From Takakia lepidozioides (lineage: Eukaryota > Plantae > Bryophyta): a DNA stretch of 64,000 bases. The DNA is taken from the NCBI GenBank assembly GCA_030704615.1, contig CM060731.1, positions 18,104,001 through 18,168,000 on the forward strand, in the 5' to 3' direction. Below are positions 39,534-53,834 of the stretch, piece after piece; within the stretch, counting starts at the first letter, position 1, and each line of letters opens with the position of its first letter. The translations under genes and the position numbers were made by a program. Below the pieces are notes generated by a model that saw only the letters and a program-made list of their open reading frames with translations, had not been told where the DNA came from and ran no database searches.

Positions 39534-42500
39534 CACTAGAAGCATTCGTGTCATTTACCACTGGGGTAACGACTCATTTTGAGTCGTAAAAGTCAAAAAA
39601 TTGGGATCAATTGGAAGTTACAACAGACTAGTTACAACGGACGTGGTAGTTGGGTTGGACATCCAATGATTGGAGTGGTAAAGGACGCAGACGCGCGAAC
39701 AACTGCTCAGCAATTAATGCGATTAATGCTGAAGAACCACGTGGCGTAACCAGGCGGGCCGCTCGTGTGTCTGACCTTTTGGGCTGACTTTGACTTTTCC
39801 CTCCGGATGAGTGGACCGACTCACTGAAGCGCGGTGACACATTTCCGCGGACGTGGACGACGATGTGGATGCCGACGTGGCGGCGCCACGACGAGCACCA
39901 CTGTTGCCACGTGGCCACGGGCCCGGGGCGCCACGTGGTAGTAGACCACCTAACTTGCAGTGCTACATGCCCAGTGGCAATTGCGACTGCGGAAGTTGGC
40001 GCAACCACTACTTTACTACTTTATATGAAGTGCTCGAAAGTACTTGAACAATCATTCATAGTGATTCATGCTTTGGAGTTTTGGTGTTTGTAGTGAGTCG
40101 ACTAGTAATGCCATACAAGAGAACTAATCATGCATTAGAAATGCACAAACGATGAAAGACATGCCATGAGACAAAATGAAATGAAAATGAATGAAATGAA
40201 ACAAAACGGTACTTTATTACATCTGCGGAAAGCTCAAAGAGCTTATGGGACAAAATGAAAAACACAAAGTAAAAAAGCAGCCCAAAAGCTACTGTTGCTC
40301 TGGGGATTGCCTAAGGGTCAAGGCCTCGTGCAAGTCAAGCAGTTCTGATCCTCATAATGCAAGACTTCAGTGAGTTCCACGGAATAGACCATAGTTATTG
40401 ATCCACAGGGAATCATAGGTAAATCTTTTGCTTGAAATTTGGCCCTCTAGGATGAATCTGGACCACACTCTATCCCTGCTCCTTCAGCTATCCATGCCCC
40501 TGCACAAATCATGCATTCATCCTTGCCTTGCTGCTAGTAGTTGACAATGACAACCTACATTTGTTCTAGGAAACACCCAACTCAGCTTATCACACTAGTT
40601 CCTATGCTCAATTGCGTCTGCTACTCTCTGAAATGTAGCAGGCATTCATCTTTTTGCCTCGGTTGTCCCATCATTGACTGGGGGCAGAAAAGTATTCATT
40701 CCACAGCTTCTCCTCATGTCTGTTACTTGTTTTTTGATACTTTCCTGTTGTCACATAGCAGTATCATGTCAAAGTCACTCCAAACTAGATTCACTCAACC
40801 AGTTAACTTGCATAATTCAACATGGAAATTTTGGACCGATTCTAATAAGAGGAAAAACAGGGTGAAATGTGCTGAAGAAGATGCCTTCATTAACAATGTC
40901 TGATTTTATCAATTGTGCCGTTGCTGCCAGTTGACCATCTACCCATGCAGGTTTCTTGTAGCTTCACAGTTAATCTGGACCTCTTGGGTGAATCTGCACC
41001 CACACTCTATCCTTGCTCCTTGAACTATCCATGCCTCGCACGAATCATGCATACAACCTTGCCTTGTTGCTAGCAGTTGACGATGACAGCCTAGACTTGT
41101 TCTAGGAAGCACCCAACTCAACTTATCACACTAGTTCCTACGCTCAATTGCATCTGCTACTCTCTATAATCCAACAAACATTCAGTTTCTTGCCTCGATT
41201 GTCCCACCATTGACTGGGGTCAGAAAAATATTCATTCCACAACTTCTCATCTCTGTGTTACCTGTTTCTGATACTTTCCTGTTGTCACATTGGCAGAATC
41301 ATGTCAAAGTCACTCCAAACTATCAAAGCTTCACTAAACCAGCTAACTTGCAGAATTCAAACATGAATAATTAGGGGCGATTCTGATAAGAGGGGAAAAC
41401 AAGGTGAAATTGAAGAAGGTGCCCTCATTAGCAGTCATTACACTCTATCCTTCGCTCAGCCATATTGTTGAACACTCCCTGTCCACAATGGTATTGTTCA
41501 GAATGACATCTGCCACAATTCCAGCTTTGACGATGCAACCATGGACCTCTTTGCCCTTCCCCAGCAGGCTCGCACATGCACTACAAACGCAAACAACTAG
41601 TTGTGGCAAACTGGGAGCAATATGTGTAAGAAGAAACCACTTATACAAATCTACAGCTTACAGGCTGTCTCTATCCTCAAAATTGGCAGCACATCACCCG
41701 CTGCTATGACATATATTGCCCTAGACACACATTGCCCTAACTGCCATCCCCCAAGATGCTACCCCCACCAGACTTCTCTCACTTGGGTCCTTGCAAGGCT
41801 GACTTCCAGCTTTGACTCTGTGCATGGGGCCTATCGGACAACATACACCAGCAAGCCCTCCCCCTATCCTGCATCAACTCATCTCAGTCTTATCAACTGC
41901 ACAATGTATGATGGGAGTGAGTGCAACATGGGAAAGAGCCACAACACATGATGAGCTGTAGGGAAGAAGCAACATTGTGCAAGTAAAGCAAATGATGAAG
42001 CAGAAAGACGAGGCAACATGGGAGAAGGGAAAATGGGGTCCAAGGGCTGAGAAGGTCAACTGGTCAACAATGAGAAACTGGCTCTGGAGCACTATGTTGA
42101 TGATTAAAGGGAGCAGCAAATACATGTGGGGCATCGCAGCAAAGTGCATGCCAACGAGAGTCAGAATAGTGCAAGAAAGACTCCACGGATGGTGGGCAGC
42201 CAAGGAAAATGCAGTGAGACAAGGCACTCATGGCAAGGGAGCTGCCAAGACAAAACTGTTGATCTGCCAAATGATTCAGCAAAAACAAATTCAACTGTAG
42301 TGGTTCTCCCATCGCAGAGAAGGGTCCATTCGACACCCATCACACCATGTCAGGTTGAGGTCCTCACACACACACCTACACACCGAGAATTTGCGAACCC
42401 ACATCAGCTGGGAGAACATGGAAATTACCCCGTGGATCACATGCAAGCATGAATGAGAAATGGGTTTATGTTACATGGGAGATTTTGGTGTACCTGCGCG

Positions 42501-45500
42501 ACATGCAACTCTGTCTACATACTCCATAAGTCGTTGTCCCAAGACCCAAGTGGACAGGGGAGGCCGGTGAGTCTGTACCACAAATGGTAATCATACAACA
42601 GAGGGTACTGCTGCCCAACGTGCAAAAGCCGCCGGCTGCAGGATGCTAGGCATGCAAACTCGGGCATAGCACGCCTCCTCTGCACCCCACTCCGTCCCAA
42701 CCAGTGCAAAACAACCGTGCATGCATTGACTGCCCTCTGGCTTTCTCTCCAGGCATTTGGGGGTCTACGATCTGCTACATGTAAGTGTCTTTGAATGCGA
42801 CGATCAAAGGATCCGGTCACTTGCAGTTGTCGTCTCAAGGGCAGCATTGCAAGAATCAGAATTAAGTAAGAAAGATGGTGGAAGAAGCTGCAAACAGCAA
42901 ATGAGTGAAGTGGCAGGGCGATGCTCCATTTTTAACATGCTCCCCTTCCCGCCATGGTGATAGAGCCACACAAATGGACTCCCTTCCCGCCACGGTGCAA
43001 TTTCACGGCAACGGAACGGGATTGTCCGCCGAAACGTGATTTGGAGATGGCCTAAGACAAGTGGCGCAGGTTCTGGCCTTGTAGTCAGGTTGTTCACACT
43101 TCAATGCACACATTTCATACACATTCAACCATATGCCCAAGATCACAACGTCGTCAATCGTGAAAATTGAAATTCCACGTACGTCCTCCGATTCCTTACA
43201 CACACACGAACTGTAGAGACACGTCGTTTTCCTGGATGTCGTTGTTTGAGTCGATTTTGGTCATTTCTCTCAGTGTCTTGTTGAAAAGATTCTAGTTATG
43301 ATGGGAAGCATCGTGATGGCTTTTAAATGGTTTGCTGTTGAGTGTAACTTTTCATCATGTTGTGGAATCTACCGGTTGGTATAAAAAGTCAAATGTCTTC
43401 TCTGCCAAAGGATGTGCGGCTGAACCTTTCAAATTGAGATTGCAGGAGGAGGGAATTGACGGTAGTGAAATGGGAGTGGCAGAGCCAAATTGAGGAATCT
43501 CTGCAAAGGAGAATCCGGTCCCCTGCAACGGCGTGCACAAACAGCATTGAAGAGGCTCCCCAACAAAAATGAGTTCCCCTCGCCCATGCGGAGGACTTCC
43601 AATTAATCACCCCTGTAGACGGAACACCCGAGATGACAGGTTGTGGGAAAGAGAAGTGGCACGTGCCCGAGCCCTTGAGCTTTCAAGGATGCCATGCCCA
43701 TGTGAACGTTGTTTGGGCACTACAAGTAGATCTGAGGACGGTGTGCGCACACATCTCCTTCACCACAAAAGACATGAAGCATTTCGGGTGTGGATTGGAG
43801 ATGGACCTGCAGACGAAGACGATGAGGAGTGGGCACAATTGGACAATGCACACCCCCGAGGGAGCCATACAGACAGGCCAGACGAGGACTATGTCATGGG
43901 CGCAGGACATGAACCAGGCATGGACGGAGGGGTGGAGATTACTCGAATGTTGCAGTCCTGAAGCATTCCACATCATGGACGATGCTGAAGAGGGGGACGG
44001 CGCTACGACAACTGGGGATGGTGATGACGCAGGAAATGAAGGCATTCACGTGGGGGAAGGCGTGGAAGGAGGTGGAGATGGAGAATTGAATTCTGCACAC
44101 ATGACACTAGAAGAAGCATGTGTGCCACTGTACGAGGGATGCAAATCCACAAAGCTTGCTACCACCATGCTGTTGATGAACCTGTGCACAACCCACGGTG
44201 TCTCAGACCAATTTGTGGAGGAGTTGTTCTCTTTGCTTCGGCTGAACTTGCTTCCACAACCAAATGAAATGCCAAAAAGTTGTCACATGGCCAACCAAAT
44301 GATTGGGAAGCTCGGCCTCAACTACATGAAAATACATGCATGTCCAAAAGGACATGTACTTTTCAGAAGAGAGTACAAGGATGCTATGGAGTGCCCCAAA
44401 TGCGGTGCAGCCCGATACCATGATTTGGGCAGGTTACAACAGCCAGCCAAGGTGTTGAGGCACTTTCCCCTTATCCCCCGTCTATTACGAATGTACAAAT
44501 GCAAGACCATTAGTGAGCTCATGACTTGGCATTCCAGGAATGCCTCAAACGATGGTTTGGTAAGGCATGTCCCAGATTCCCTTGCATGGAAGCATATAGA
44601 TGCAACTTGGCCCGATTTTGCCGAGGACCCACGCAATGTGCGATTGGCTGTATCTACGGATGGAGTAAACCCATACGGATCAAAGAGTTGCACATGGTCC
44701 ACATGGCCCATGCAGTTGGTGGCATACAACCTGCCACCATGGTTGACAACAAAGAAATTCTTTGTCATGTTGTCTCTCTTGATTCCAGGCAAGGAGTCCG
44801 TGACAAATGCAAACATAGATGTGTATTTGCAACCATTGATTGAAGAGCTACAGGAACTATGGATTGGAGTTGAAGCTTACGACATTTTGAAACCAGTAGG
44901 GCAATGGAGTTTCACCCTCCGTGCCATACTCATGTGGTCAATCCACGATTTCCCCGCATATGGCCTTGTTGCGGGTTGCAAGACGAAGGGCTACAAAGGG
45001 TGCCCCATTTGTGGGCCCTATGTGGATTCACGGCACTCAAAGCCACTAGGGAAGACAATATACATGGGGCATCGACGTTACCTTGCAAGAAACCACCCCT
45101 ATCGACGAGCAGGATGGCACTTCAATGGATGTGTTGAAAAGAGAATGGCACCAAATGCTATGACACCGGAGGAGACATTGCAATTTGCAAAGGAGAAAGA
45201 GGCGTTCATGGAGATTGGAGGGAGAGACGGAAGTAGTGCGGATCCAGCCATGGAGCACGGGGTGAAGCGCCGGACAATCCTTTGGGATTTGCCATACTGG
45301 AAGGTGCATGAATCCCCCCCCCCCCCATTCACTCACTTTCTTTCACATTGTGCTTCTTGGAATTACCTTTACTGTCAGGAGTCCTTCCACCAACTCCTAA
45401 GTCAGTGTAACTACTATGCAGTAGATGTTGAAGTCGTACACCTCACTGTGGAGAGGATCGTGGAGTTGTTGAAAGCAGAATGTAGTAACATGGACAACTT

Positions 45501-48500
45501 CTGCCACATATTCTACTTTTTTTGCCCATAGAACTTCGTCTCATGGGAGGACATTTGGCATTTCAGAACCTCTTGCAGCGGTACCTCCTGGACCCCATGC
45601 ATTATGAGAAGAACTTCTGCAGAACATTCTGAAGACTATCTTTGGGGAGAAGGATACGATAAACGTACGAAAGGACATGGAGATTGAAGGGATACGGTCA
45701 CATCTGTGGCTAAGGCCTGATCCAAATAGACCAGGCAAAGTGCTCATGCCAGCAGCATCATACGTCCTGACCAAATCAGAGCAAGAGGATTTTTTGAAGA
45801 CATTGGGAGCCATGAAAGTGCCAACCGGATTCTCGGGTGCTTTCCAAAAGCATGCCATAAACAAGAAATGGTCGGGGATGAAGTCACATGATCTACACGT
45901 GATGATGCAATAGATTTTGCCAGTGTGCATTCGGGGTACGATGGCGCCAGGTCCTCGAACAGCCATAATGCGTGTAAGTCGAGTGTTTAGGAAGATTTGT
46001 GCGAAGGTGTGGGATCCGAGGGACATTACATCGTTGCATGAGGATGTGGCTATGACCCTATGTTTGCTGGAGAAAGAATTCCCTCCATCATTCTTTGACG
46101 TCATGACGCACTTGCTAGTGCATCTTGTAGAGGAGTTGCATGTGTGTGGGCCCGTAGCCAGCCGTGGATGTACCCCATGGAGAGGTACATGAAAGATCTG
46201 AAGGGGTATGTACGCAACATGGCACGGCCAGAGGGGAGTATGGCGGAGGGCTACATCCGCGACGAAGCCCTGGGCTTCATGACAGAGTATATGTCTTCAT
46301 TTGATGCAATACAACGACGGGTGTGGGACGAGAACGAGGAAGAAGGAGTTGTAGGCGAGGTCCTAGAAGGTGGTGGAACAAACGTGCCATGAGCCCGCGC
46401 CTTCGGGATGTGGCACATGATTATGTGCTGAACAACACAACAACCATGACACCATGGAGACAGTGGGTGCCAACTTACATCCCTCCTGTGCTATTCTTAA
46501 TGGTCTTTGTATGCTGGAATTACATATATATTGTCACAAGTCATTCCGGCCACTATGGGAGTGGGATCGTGTACTAACAGGGTGCTTCAGACGACTACAG
46601 AGGGTGTTTCGTAGATCTTGGTTGTTGCTTGCAAGTGATTATGAAGTAGGCTGCATCACTACAGTGTGCTTGAAAGGACACACACTCTGCATGTGGCATG
46701 CATGTACAGCACGGTGTTGGTCAGGGGGACTGAGTTGCAGCTTCTATTTGGTTTCTGCCAGAAAGTACGCAGCGGAGAAGGTCCGCCTGAAAACGGAACG
46801 GAGTGCATTTGCAAAAGCATGGCGGAGGGGCGGTCGTAGGCGCAGATCCCCGGTGGAGTACCCCACAACAATGGAGGAGCTGCAGCCCTTTACAGTGTGG
46901 GTCAGATCTGCAATTGCAGTGTACGCATCAGAGAACGAGGACCCGATGAGGGCATGGTGAGTCTGTCATTCCCCCCAGGGCTGATTGCCACTTCGTACCG
47001 GTCAATGAAAGCATATGGCAATCACTATAGAGTGGACGATGCCAACACCAGCCTCCTGGTGACTTATGACAGCGGAGTGGCATCATTTTTTGAACAAGAG
47101 AGTAGGAGCTATGCACGAGATCAGAATCCAATTTCATGCCATGTGCAATATGTAGGAGTGATCAAAGAGATCCTTAAACTAGACTATGGTCTTGTGAAGC
47201 CAATTCTATTCCGTTGTTCTTGGGTAAAAGCCAATATGGTAGGAGAGAATGCCACCATGAAACGGGATGAGTACGGGTTCCTCCTTGCTGATTTCAGAAA
47301 AATGCTACCACAAGATGAAGAGCCATTCATCTTCCCATCGCAAGTTGAGCAAGTTTTCTTTTCAGATGACACCCATGCGCCGGGATGGAAGGTGGTTCTT
47401 CACAAGGACCCCCGGGCCAAACGAGTCGTGGCCGACGTCCATGATCTGGACCTAGGGGAGAATGCCGACCACGAGGGTCTGAGGGAACCACGAAATCTAC
47501 CAGATACGGCCGAACCAGTCTCTTTGGAAGGAGCAGTTACCTTTAATGAGGAAGACATTCCAGGGTTGGTAATTACCGCAAGGCAAATTGCAGATGTGGG
47601 TAGTGAAGGGGAAGATTATTTGGATATAGATAGTGAGCCCAGCTGAATCTCAGTGTCCATTAAGCGAGCAGCTCATAGATGAGAGCTATGCTAAGGACTC
47701 TTACTGTCCTTAGAATCCATTTTGTACAGTCCTGCAAGCGCGCAAGGGCGAGACAGTTAATAGTATCGATAATGTCCCGGTATATGGTCCGTACTGTCTT
47801 GTGAACAAACCTTTTTTTGTTCTGCCAATATTGTTTCTGACATGTGAGGAGAGGATCGTCTTCATGTACGGGAAGTAGACGTGAATGTGTGCATGCATTT
47901 TCTGGCCCAGCTGCATGCTTTCCAGGAACAAAGACCAGTGGAATGGGGGGTGTCTCCAAAGGAGCAGGACCGAACGACACCTTTTTGTGCTTCCCTTGCT
48001 TTCCTTTTCACCGTTGTTGCATTCTCCCACCTGCCCAACAGCAGCACTCTCGAAGCAATAACATGACATATGTTGCAACATGGTCTTCTTCACCAGCAAA
48101 TGGGCTTTTTTGCTACATGTACTGCCACGTCCACATTAACGTTGATCCCTGCAAGCACTTGGCAAAACGCCCCAAAGCCGCAAATCCAGCAACCACCACA
48201 AACACATCTAACTGATTGTAGTGACACGGGAATAGCTCACTTGTAGAGGAATTGAACCTCCAGCCAAATGAATGGCTCTGCCCCTTGTAGCACAAGTGCG
48301 ATGCAAAAACAAGGTGAGTACAAAATGAAGAAGCACTTACGAGGTCCCCATCCCTCGGATGGGCTCCCACTTGTGCTCTGGAACTGTGCAGGCCTGACTA
48401 GCACCAAATTGCATGAATCCTAAGCCTGAATGTCAAAATGCAGGTTTATGTCGCGATGCAGCACGCCATCATCTAACCTGTAGTTTCCAGTTTCACTGGT

Positions 48501-49961
48501 GTCACAACTGCCTTCAAGTCAACATCAAATTAAGTCCACCTATGCGCAAATCGCAGAATGTCTCATGACACCATCTGCCGCCGCTGGTTTGGCATGATAT
48601 GATTGTAGTTCACAACCTTAATGAACGCTTTCAGCCTTGACCTCTTTGCGATCTTCTTCTGTGACTACTTCTTCATAATTTATGAAAGGGAAAAGCAGCT
48701 ACACATCAAATTCTTGCAAGTACAGCGGGGTACTCAGGCCTCCTTGGGAGAAAGAGTGCCATAAACACAGACACATCCTTAAATGTAAAAATTGGAGAAG
48801 CGAACGTCTGGTGGCAATAACTGCCTAAACCAGAATTATACTCCATTCCAGCGCACATGTAAAGGGTCGGATGATAACTCGGAATCCCAGTTGGAGATAA
48901 TGAGACGAATACATGACTATCTTGCGAGTTTCAACTTTCTTGGAGGTAGTTTCCAGTTTCTCTGGTGTCACAACTGCCTTCAAGCTGGGTTTAGAGAAAT
49001 TAAGTCCCACTCGCAAATGCAGAATGTCTCCCTTATCTGCGTGGGCAAAATGGGGTTGGCATGATATGATTGTAGTTCACAACCAAAGGGCATATTCTTC
49101 AGCCTTGACGTCTTTGCGATCTTCTTCTGTGACGCCTTCTGCATAACTTGTGAAATGGAAAAGCAGCTACACATCAAATTATTGCGATGCCACTCAATGG
49201 CACTATGAAGGTTTTGAGCATGCTGTCAGAAAACTAGACGGGCAAAAACCCAATTCAACAGCCTCACCTTGCGTGGATACTTGGGAATTGATGCCAGAAG
49301 GCCATGCCCGTATGCGCACTCCATCGTGCCTCCATCCAGCACATTCTGTAAATGATGAATGACCAAGACCCCGATGTCACACCGTTCTGAGAAGCCACTA
49401 CGCGCGCTCACAGTATACGAAGGCCTTGCCGTGTCAGGATTTCCATTCCCACGTCCCGCCATGTCCGACGCAGCACTTGCATCCTTGTCTCTGCCAGGTG
49501 GAGGCAACACGTAATAAAAAAATCTATTCCCCCAAGGCCACATTTTGTTTACCTCTTTTTGTGAAAGCCACGTCAGCAAATGTGCTGTCGAGTCATGGGT
49601 GCAATGAATGCGCAGTGGTTCATGGAGTCGTTGAGTCGACTACATATTCACTTTAATGAATAAATATCTTTATTCCATTAATCGAATTAGGAAAGAAAAT
49701 TTGTAGTCGCATGTGCAGTAATTACAACCACTTGTAATTTTGGCTTTTTCAAATTTTATGTATTTACACAATTCGTAAAATAGCCCGGAATTCTGCTACG
49801 ACTCCGGAGTCGTTGACCCCACTTCTGTCCGCCGTTTGAAATGCCCCCGTGGGCCCACATTGTCTGTTTCGACTCTCCAGTAGTCCCGTTTACTACCAAG
49901 TGGTTCCCGGAGTGGTCGCGGACATGAAGTCGAATCGGAAAAGACACGAATGCTTCTAGTG
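39534..49961. mobile_element. CACTA-2: same TIR family as CACTA-1, inverted, with a degenerate transposase; flanks do not form a TSD
   Basis: CACTAGAAGCATTCGTGTC at 39534 and its inverse ending at 49961; flanks are CAG and CTC; 39534-42263 is the reverse complement of ~28340-31083. Confidence 0.85.
43569..47646 (+). pseudogene. CACTA/En-Spm transposase (TNP2/Transposase_21 with DUF4218- and DUF4216-type regions), disrupted
   Basis: MPCPCERC, KIHACPKGH, RNVRLAVSTDGVNPY, IHDFPAYG, GMKSHDLHV, FPPSFFDVMTHL, WMYPMERY and DEEPFIFPSQVEQVFF; frameshifts plus a stop at 45911. Confidence 0.92.
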
Positions 49962-52900
49962 CTCTATCCTCAAAATTGGCAGCACATCACCCGCTGCTAT
50001 GACATATATTGCCCTAGACACACATTGCCCTAACTGCCATCCCCAAGATGCTACCCCCACCAGACTTCTCTCACTTGGGTCCTTGCAAGGCTGATTTCTA
50101 GCTTTGACTCTGTGCATGGGGCCTATCGGACAACATACACCAGCAAGCCCTCCCCCTATCCTGCATCAACTCATCTTAGTCTTATCAACTGCACAACGTA
50201 TGATGGGAGTGAGTGCAACATGGGAAAGAGCCACAACACATGATGAGCTGTAGGGAAGAAGCAACATCGTGCAAGTAAAGCAAATGATCAAACAGAAAGA
50301 CGAGGCAACATGGGAGAAGGGAAAATGGGGTCCAAGGGCTGAGAAGGTCAACTGGTCAACAATGAGGAACTGGCTCTGGAGCACTATGTTGATGATTAAA
50401 GGGAGCAGCAAATACATGTGGGGCATCGCAGCAAAGTGCATGCCAACGAGGGTCAGAATAGTGCAAGAAAGACTCCACGGATGGTGGGCAGCCAAGGGAA
50501 ATGCAGTGAGACAAGGCACTCATGGCAAGGGAGCCCAAGACAAAACTGTTGATTAGGCTACGGAGAAAAAGGAAAGCACAAGATCAACTACGAGGAAAAG
50601 TAGCAATTCAAGCGTGGGAGCTGCTGCTAAAACATGAGGAGGAAGACATACGAGGTGAAGCATCAAGGGAACTAGTAGGAGATGAGGAAGATGGAGCACA
50701 CTTTCTTGTCAAAGGTTGGCGGCGAAGAATGCAACCCAACAATCAGAAAGTGAGGCACCCGAGGCTGGACTGCTGCAAAGAGGTACAAAGACAGGAGCTG
50801 AGAATGAGATGTTGCCTTTCGTTGAAGTTCCCCACACAAGGGCTGTTTGGCAAGCAAAACCCCAGGCAAGGATGAGAGGTGAATCTGGGATAAAACCAGC
50901 AGCTGGGAGTGAGGAAAGACACAAGGAAGGGCAGCAATACCTTGTCAAATCTGAGGGTGATGGCTGGAGAAATTAAACAAGACTGGAAGTATGGGAGCAG
51001 CAATCGCATGAAGAAAATCTGCCTGAGAGGCTGAAGAGTGAAAGGGAGGAAGACAGGCACCTCGCTTATGAAAAGTGGAAGGGCAGGTAGAAAACCTGAT
51101 GCCTGAAATTGATGGGAGCTCGTGGGAGACTCTACCAAGAAGACTCCAATCAGCTGTTGCCAACAATCGGACCAGTGAAAGATCGCCCTTGGCTGGCGCA
51201 ACACCACAAAATAAGTGCATCCTGATAGCATGGTGAGTGGGGCACCAACAGAGCCAGAAATGAGGGAGAAGGAGGAGACTTCCCTGCCAAGAAAGTCAAT
51301 GCGCGCCTGCAGCGGCATGCAAGGAAAGGGACACCGTAAATGTTGCCAACAGATGTAAATCAGTGCTCATTCATTCGAAAGCACCATGGGAGATGAAGGA
51401 AAAGACATATGCAGGGACGTTGAAGCATAAAAGAGGAGAGCACTTCACTTGGGAAGAAAGTAAAGCATTGGAGAACGAGGCTGATGACTGGCAGTCTGAA
51501 AAGGAAAGGCGGTTGTGGGAAACCCTGCCAAGACCCAAGACAACCATATAGAGAGAATCAAGCAGGTGGGAACTGCCCTTCATTGGGGGTGGTGCAAACA
51601 AGAGCAACCAAACGCTGAACCACATGAGAAGATAGTGTGTCATCACAGATGGAGACCCTGGAAAATGCTCTGCCCAGGAGATGAAGAACATTAGGCAACT
51701 AGAAACGTGGGGGGCTGAATATGCTCTGCAGTCAACTTGGCTTGTTGAATGCTTGCATAAGAGATGAGGGGTTGCTGTCAGTACACGGCATTGAGTTCAT
51801 CAAATCCTACAACAGCCCACCATCGCTGCCCACTGCTTAGAAACTGCCACAAAAACAGTTTCACAGGACTTACAGATGATTGTGGAAGGCAAGGCCCCTT
51901 GCCATGGGCCAGATTAATTGTATGTTGCAGCCCAGAACAACGACGGGAAGTCATCTAGGGCAGCAAACCCCATCTTGGCAGCGTCTTTTGTGTGAGAGAA
52001 GTCAAGCTGAACCTGCTCATCATATCGAGTGGGATGGACCAGATGTAAAGCTGCCAAGCCAACCACACTCATTTCCGCACTCAAGCAACATAAGCTGGAG
52101 CCATTTTCAGGTTATGAGTACCCGTGTTTTAAGAATACTCCTTCTTCAACTTGCGGTGAACGGGCAGAAAACTTCACAATGTGCAGCAGATCAATGGACC
52201 AAGATGCGGAGCTGAATTGGGTATCCAATTAGGCAATGCTGGTTTCAAAACCCCGTTCCATCCCTGCGTTTCGAAGATCTGGCTTGAATGGGCACACTCC
52301 GGCAGTGGAAGGCTCACGGAGTAATGAGTTTGGGCTGATATGCATGCTGACATGCCATGCCGGTGCAAAGAACAACGTTCTGAGTGGCGATTATGATCTC
52401 AAAATCTGCCCCTGCATTCAAGCTGATTTCTCTCGAGCAGAGCCGCCTTGTGGATGTTCCAGCCAGTGTCCAAAAACAGCTCAAGTGCAAGACAACAACA
52501 TCAGCAAGGCATGGTTAGCTAAGCAAGGTCATGGTGGAGAGGCATTTGAACTCTCTGAACGTAATGTGGTCGGACTTCACCCCCTCCCACATCAACTGGT
52601 CTCCAAAACCTGCAATCCCCGCCCCTGTTGTGCATGTCCTGCGATCATCGCTTTCCACGACACCACATTTCGCTCAGCCATATTGTTGAACACTCCCTAT
52701 CTAGAAGGGTATTCATGTTCAGAATGACATCTACCACAATTCCAGCTTTGACGATGCAACCATGGACCTCTTTGCCCTTCTCCAACAGGCTCGCACATGC
52801 ACTACAAACACAAACAAACGTAATGTGCTCGGGCTTCACCCCTAGACCCACATCATTTGCTCATAGGTCTCCAAAACCCGCAATCCTCGCCCATGTTGTG

Positions 52901-53350
52901 CATGTCCTGCGATCATCACGTTCCACCACACCACATTTCGCTCAGCCATATTGTTAAACACTCCTTGTCCACAAGGGAATGCTCCCACGTTTGGCATACA
53001 TGTCGACGAGGTATTGTTACATCTGGTACAGTTCCAGCTTTGACAATGTCACGATGGACCTCTTTGCCCTTTACCAAGTCTCCAGGGCTGCCAGGTTTGC
53101 ACATGCATTGCAAACACAAATGAACGTGACCCGGTCAGGCTGCACCTCTTCTCAACATTTGCTCATATGTCTCCAATGCCCTCATCCCGCACACATGCTG
53201 GCCATATCTTGCGAGATTCAGCGTGTTCCTTGAGACAACATCTTGTTCAGCCATGTTATCAAACTCTCCCTTCGCAACTTCATAGGTCTCCAAAGCCTCC
53301 ATCCCACATCCCTGCTGTGCATACCCTGCAAGCATCGCACTCCACGACAC
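49962..53350 (-). repeat. Inverted copy of the CACTA-1 cargo (~25530-28930), including PPR fragments at 52560-53350
   Basis: Mirrored ORFs 52979..53233 vs 25649..25903, 52029..52232 vs 26653..26856 and 50166..50519 vs 28377..28730. Confidence 0.92.
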
Positions 53351-53834
53351 TATTTCATTTGCTCTGTTACAGCAGAGACCATCCCTGGTGTGTTCATTGG
53401 TCCATCCTTTCCTTCCCTCCCCCTCCTCTCTTTCCCTCTTTTTCTCTCTTTTCGAATCATAGGTAATCTGGAGCTTGAAATCCGGCCCTTTTGGATGAAT
53501 CTGGACCCACACTCGATCCTTGCTCCTTCAGCTATCCATGCCTGTGCTTGCAAGGTGAAAACGCAGAGCTCCTGCAGTTCAAGAAGATGAAGATCCGGGC
53601 ATTGCGGGCAGTTCCAAAAACTTGGCGCGACGATTTCTATTGGCCTATTTTGCGCGGGCTGTCCGGGCAGATTCCAAAGAAATTGATGACGACAGTCACT
53701 TCGCACTTATCACTCCGCAGTGATGGTAGAACTGACTTCGTGTTTGTCACTGCAGAGTGATGTAGTCATAATCGCACTTATCACTGCAAATGTAGTGATA
53801 TTTGTAGTCATAAAAACGATAATCTGTACTAGTG

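Larger units (their letters stand above)
33992..53834. mobile_element. CACTA-3: 19.8-kb Pack-CACTA carrying PPR-DYW sequence and nested CACTA-2
   Basis: TIR CACTACTACAGATTAACGTTTTTATGAC vs reverse complement CACTAGTACAGATTATCGTTTTTATGAC; TSD ATA (33989-33991, 53835-53837); ATGACTAC subterminal repeats. Confidence 0.93.

Noticed and set aside
25530-53350. Large inverted duplications as assembly artefacts
   Set aside because: The copies differ by many substitutions and indels, and several boundaries coincide with TIRs or TSDs; long reads would still be the final test.
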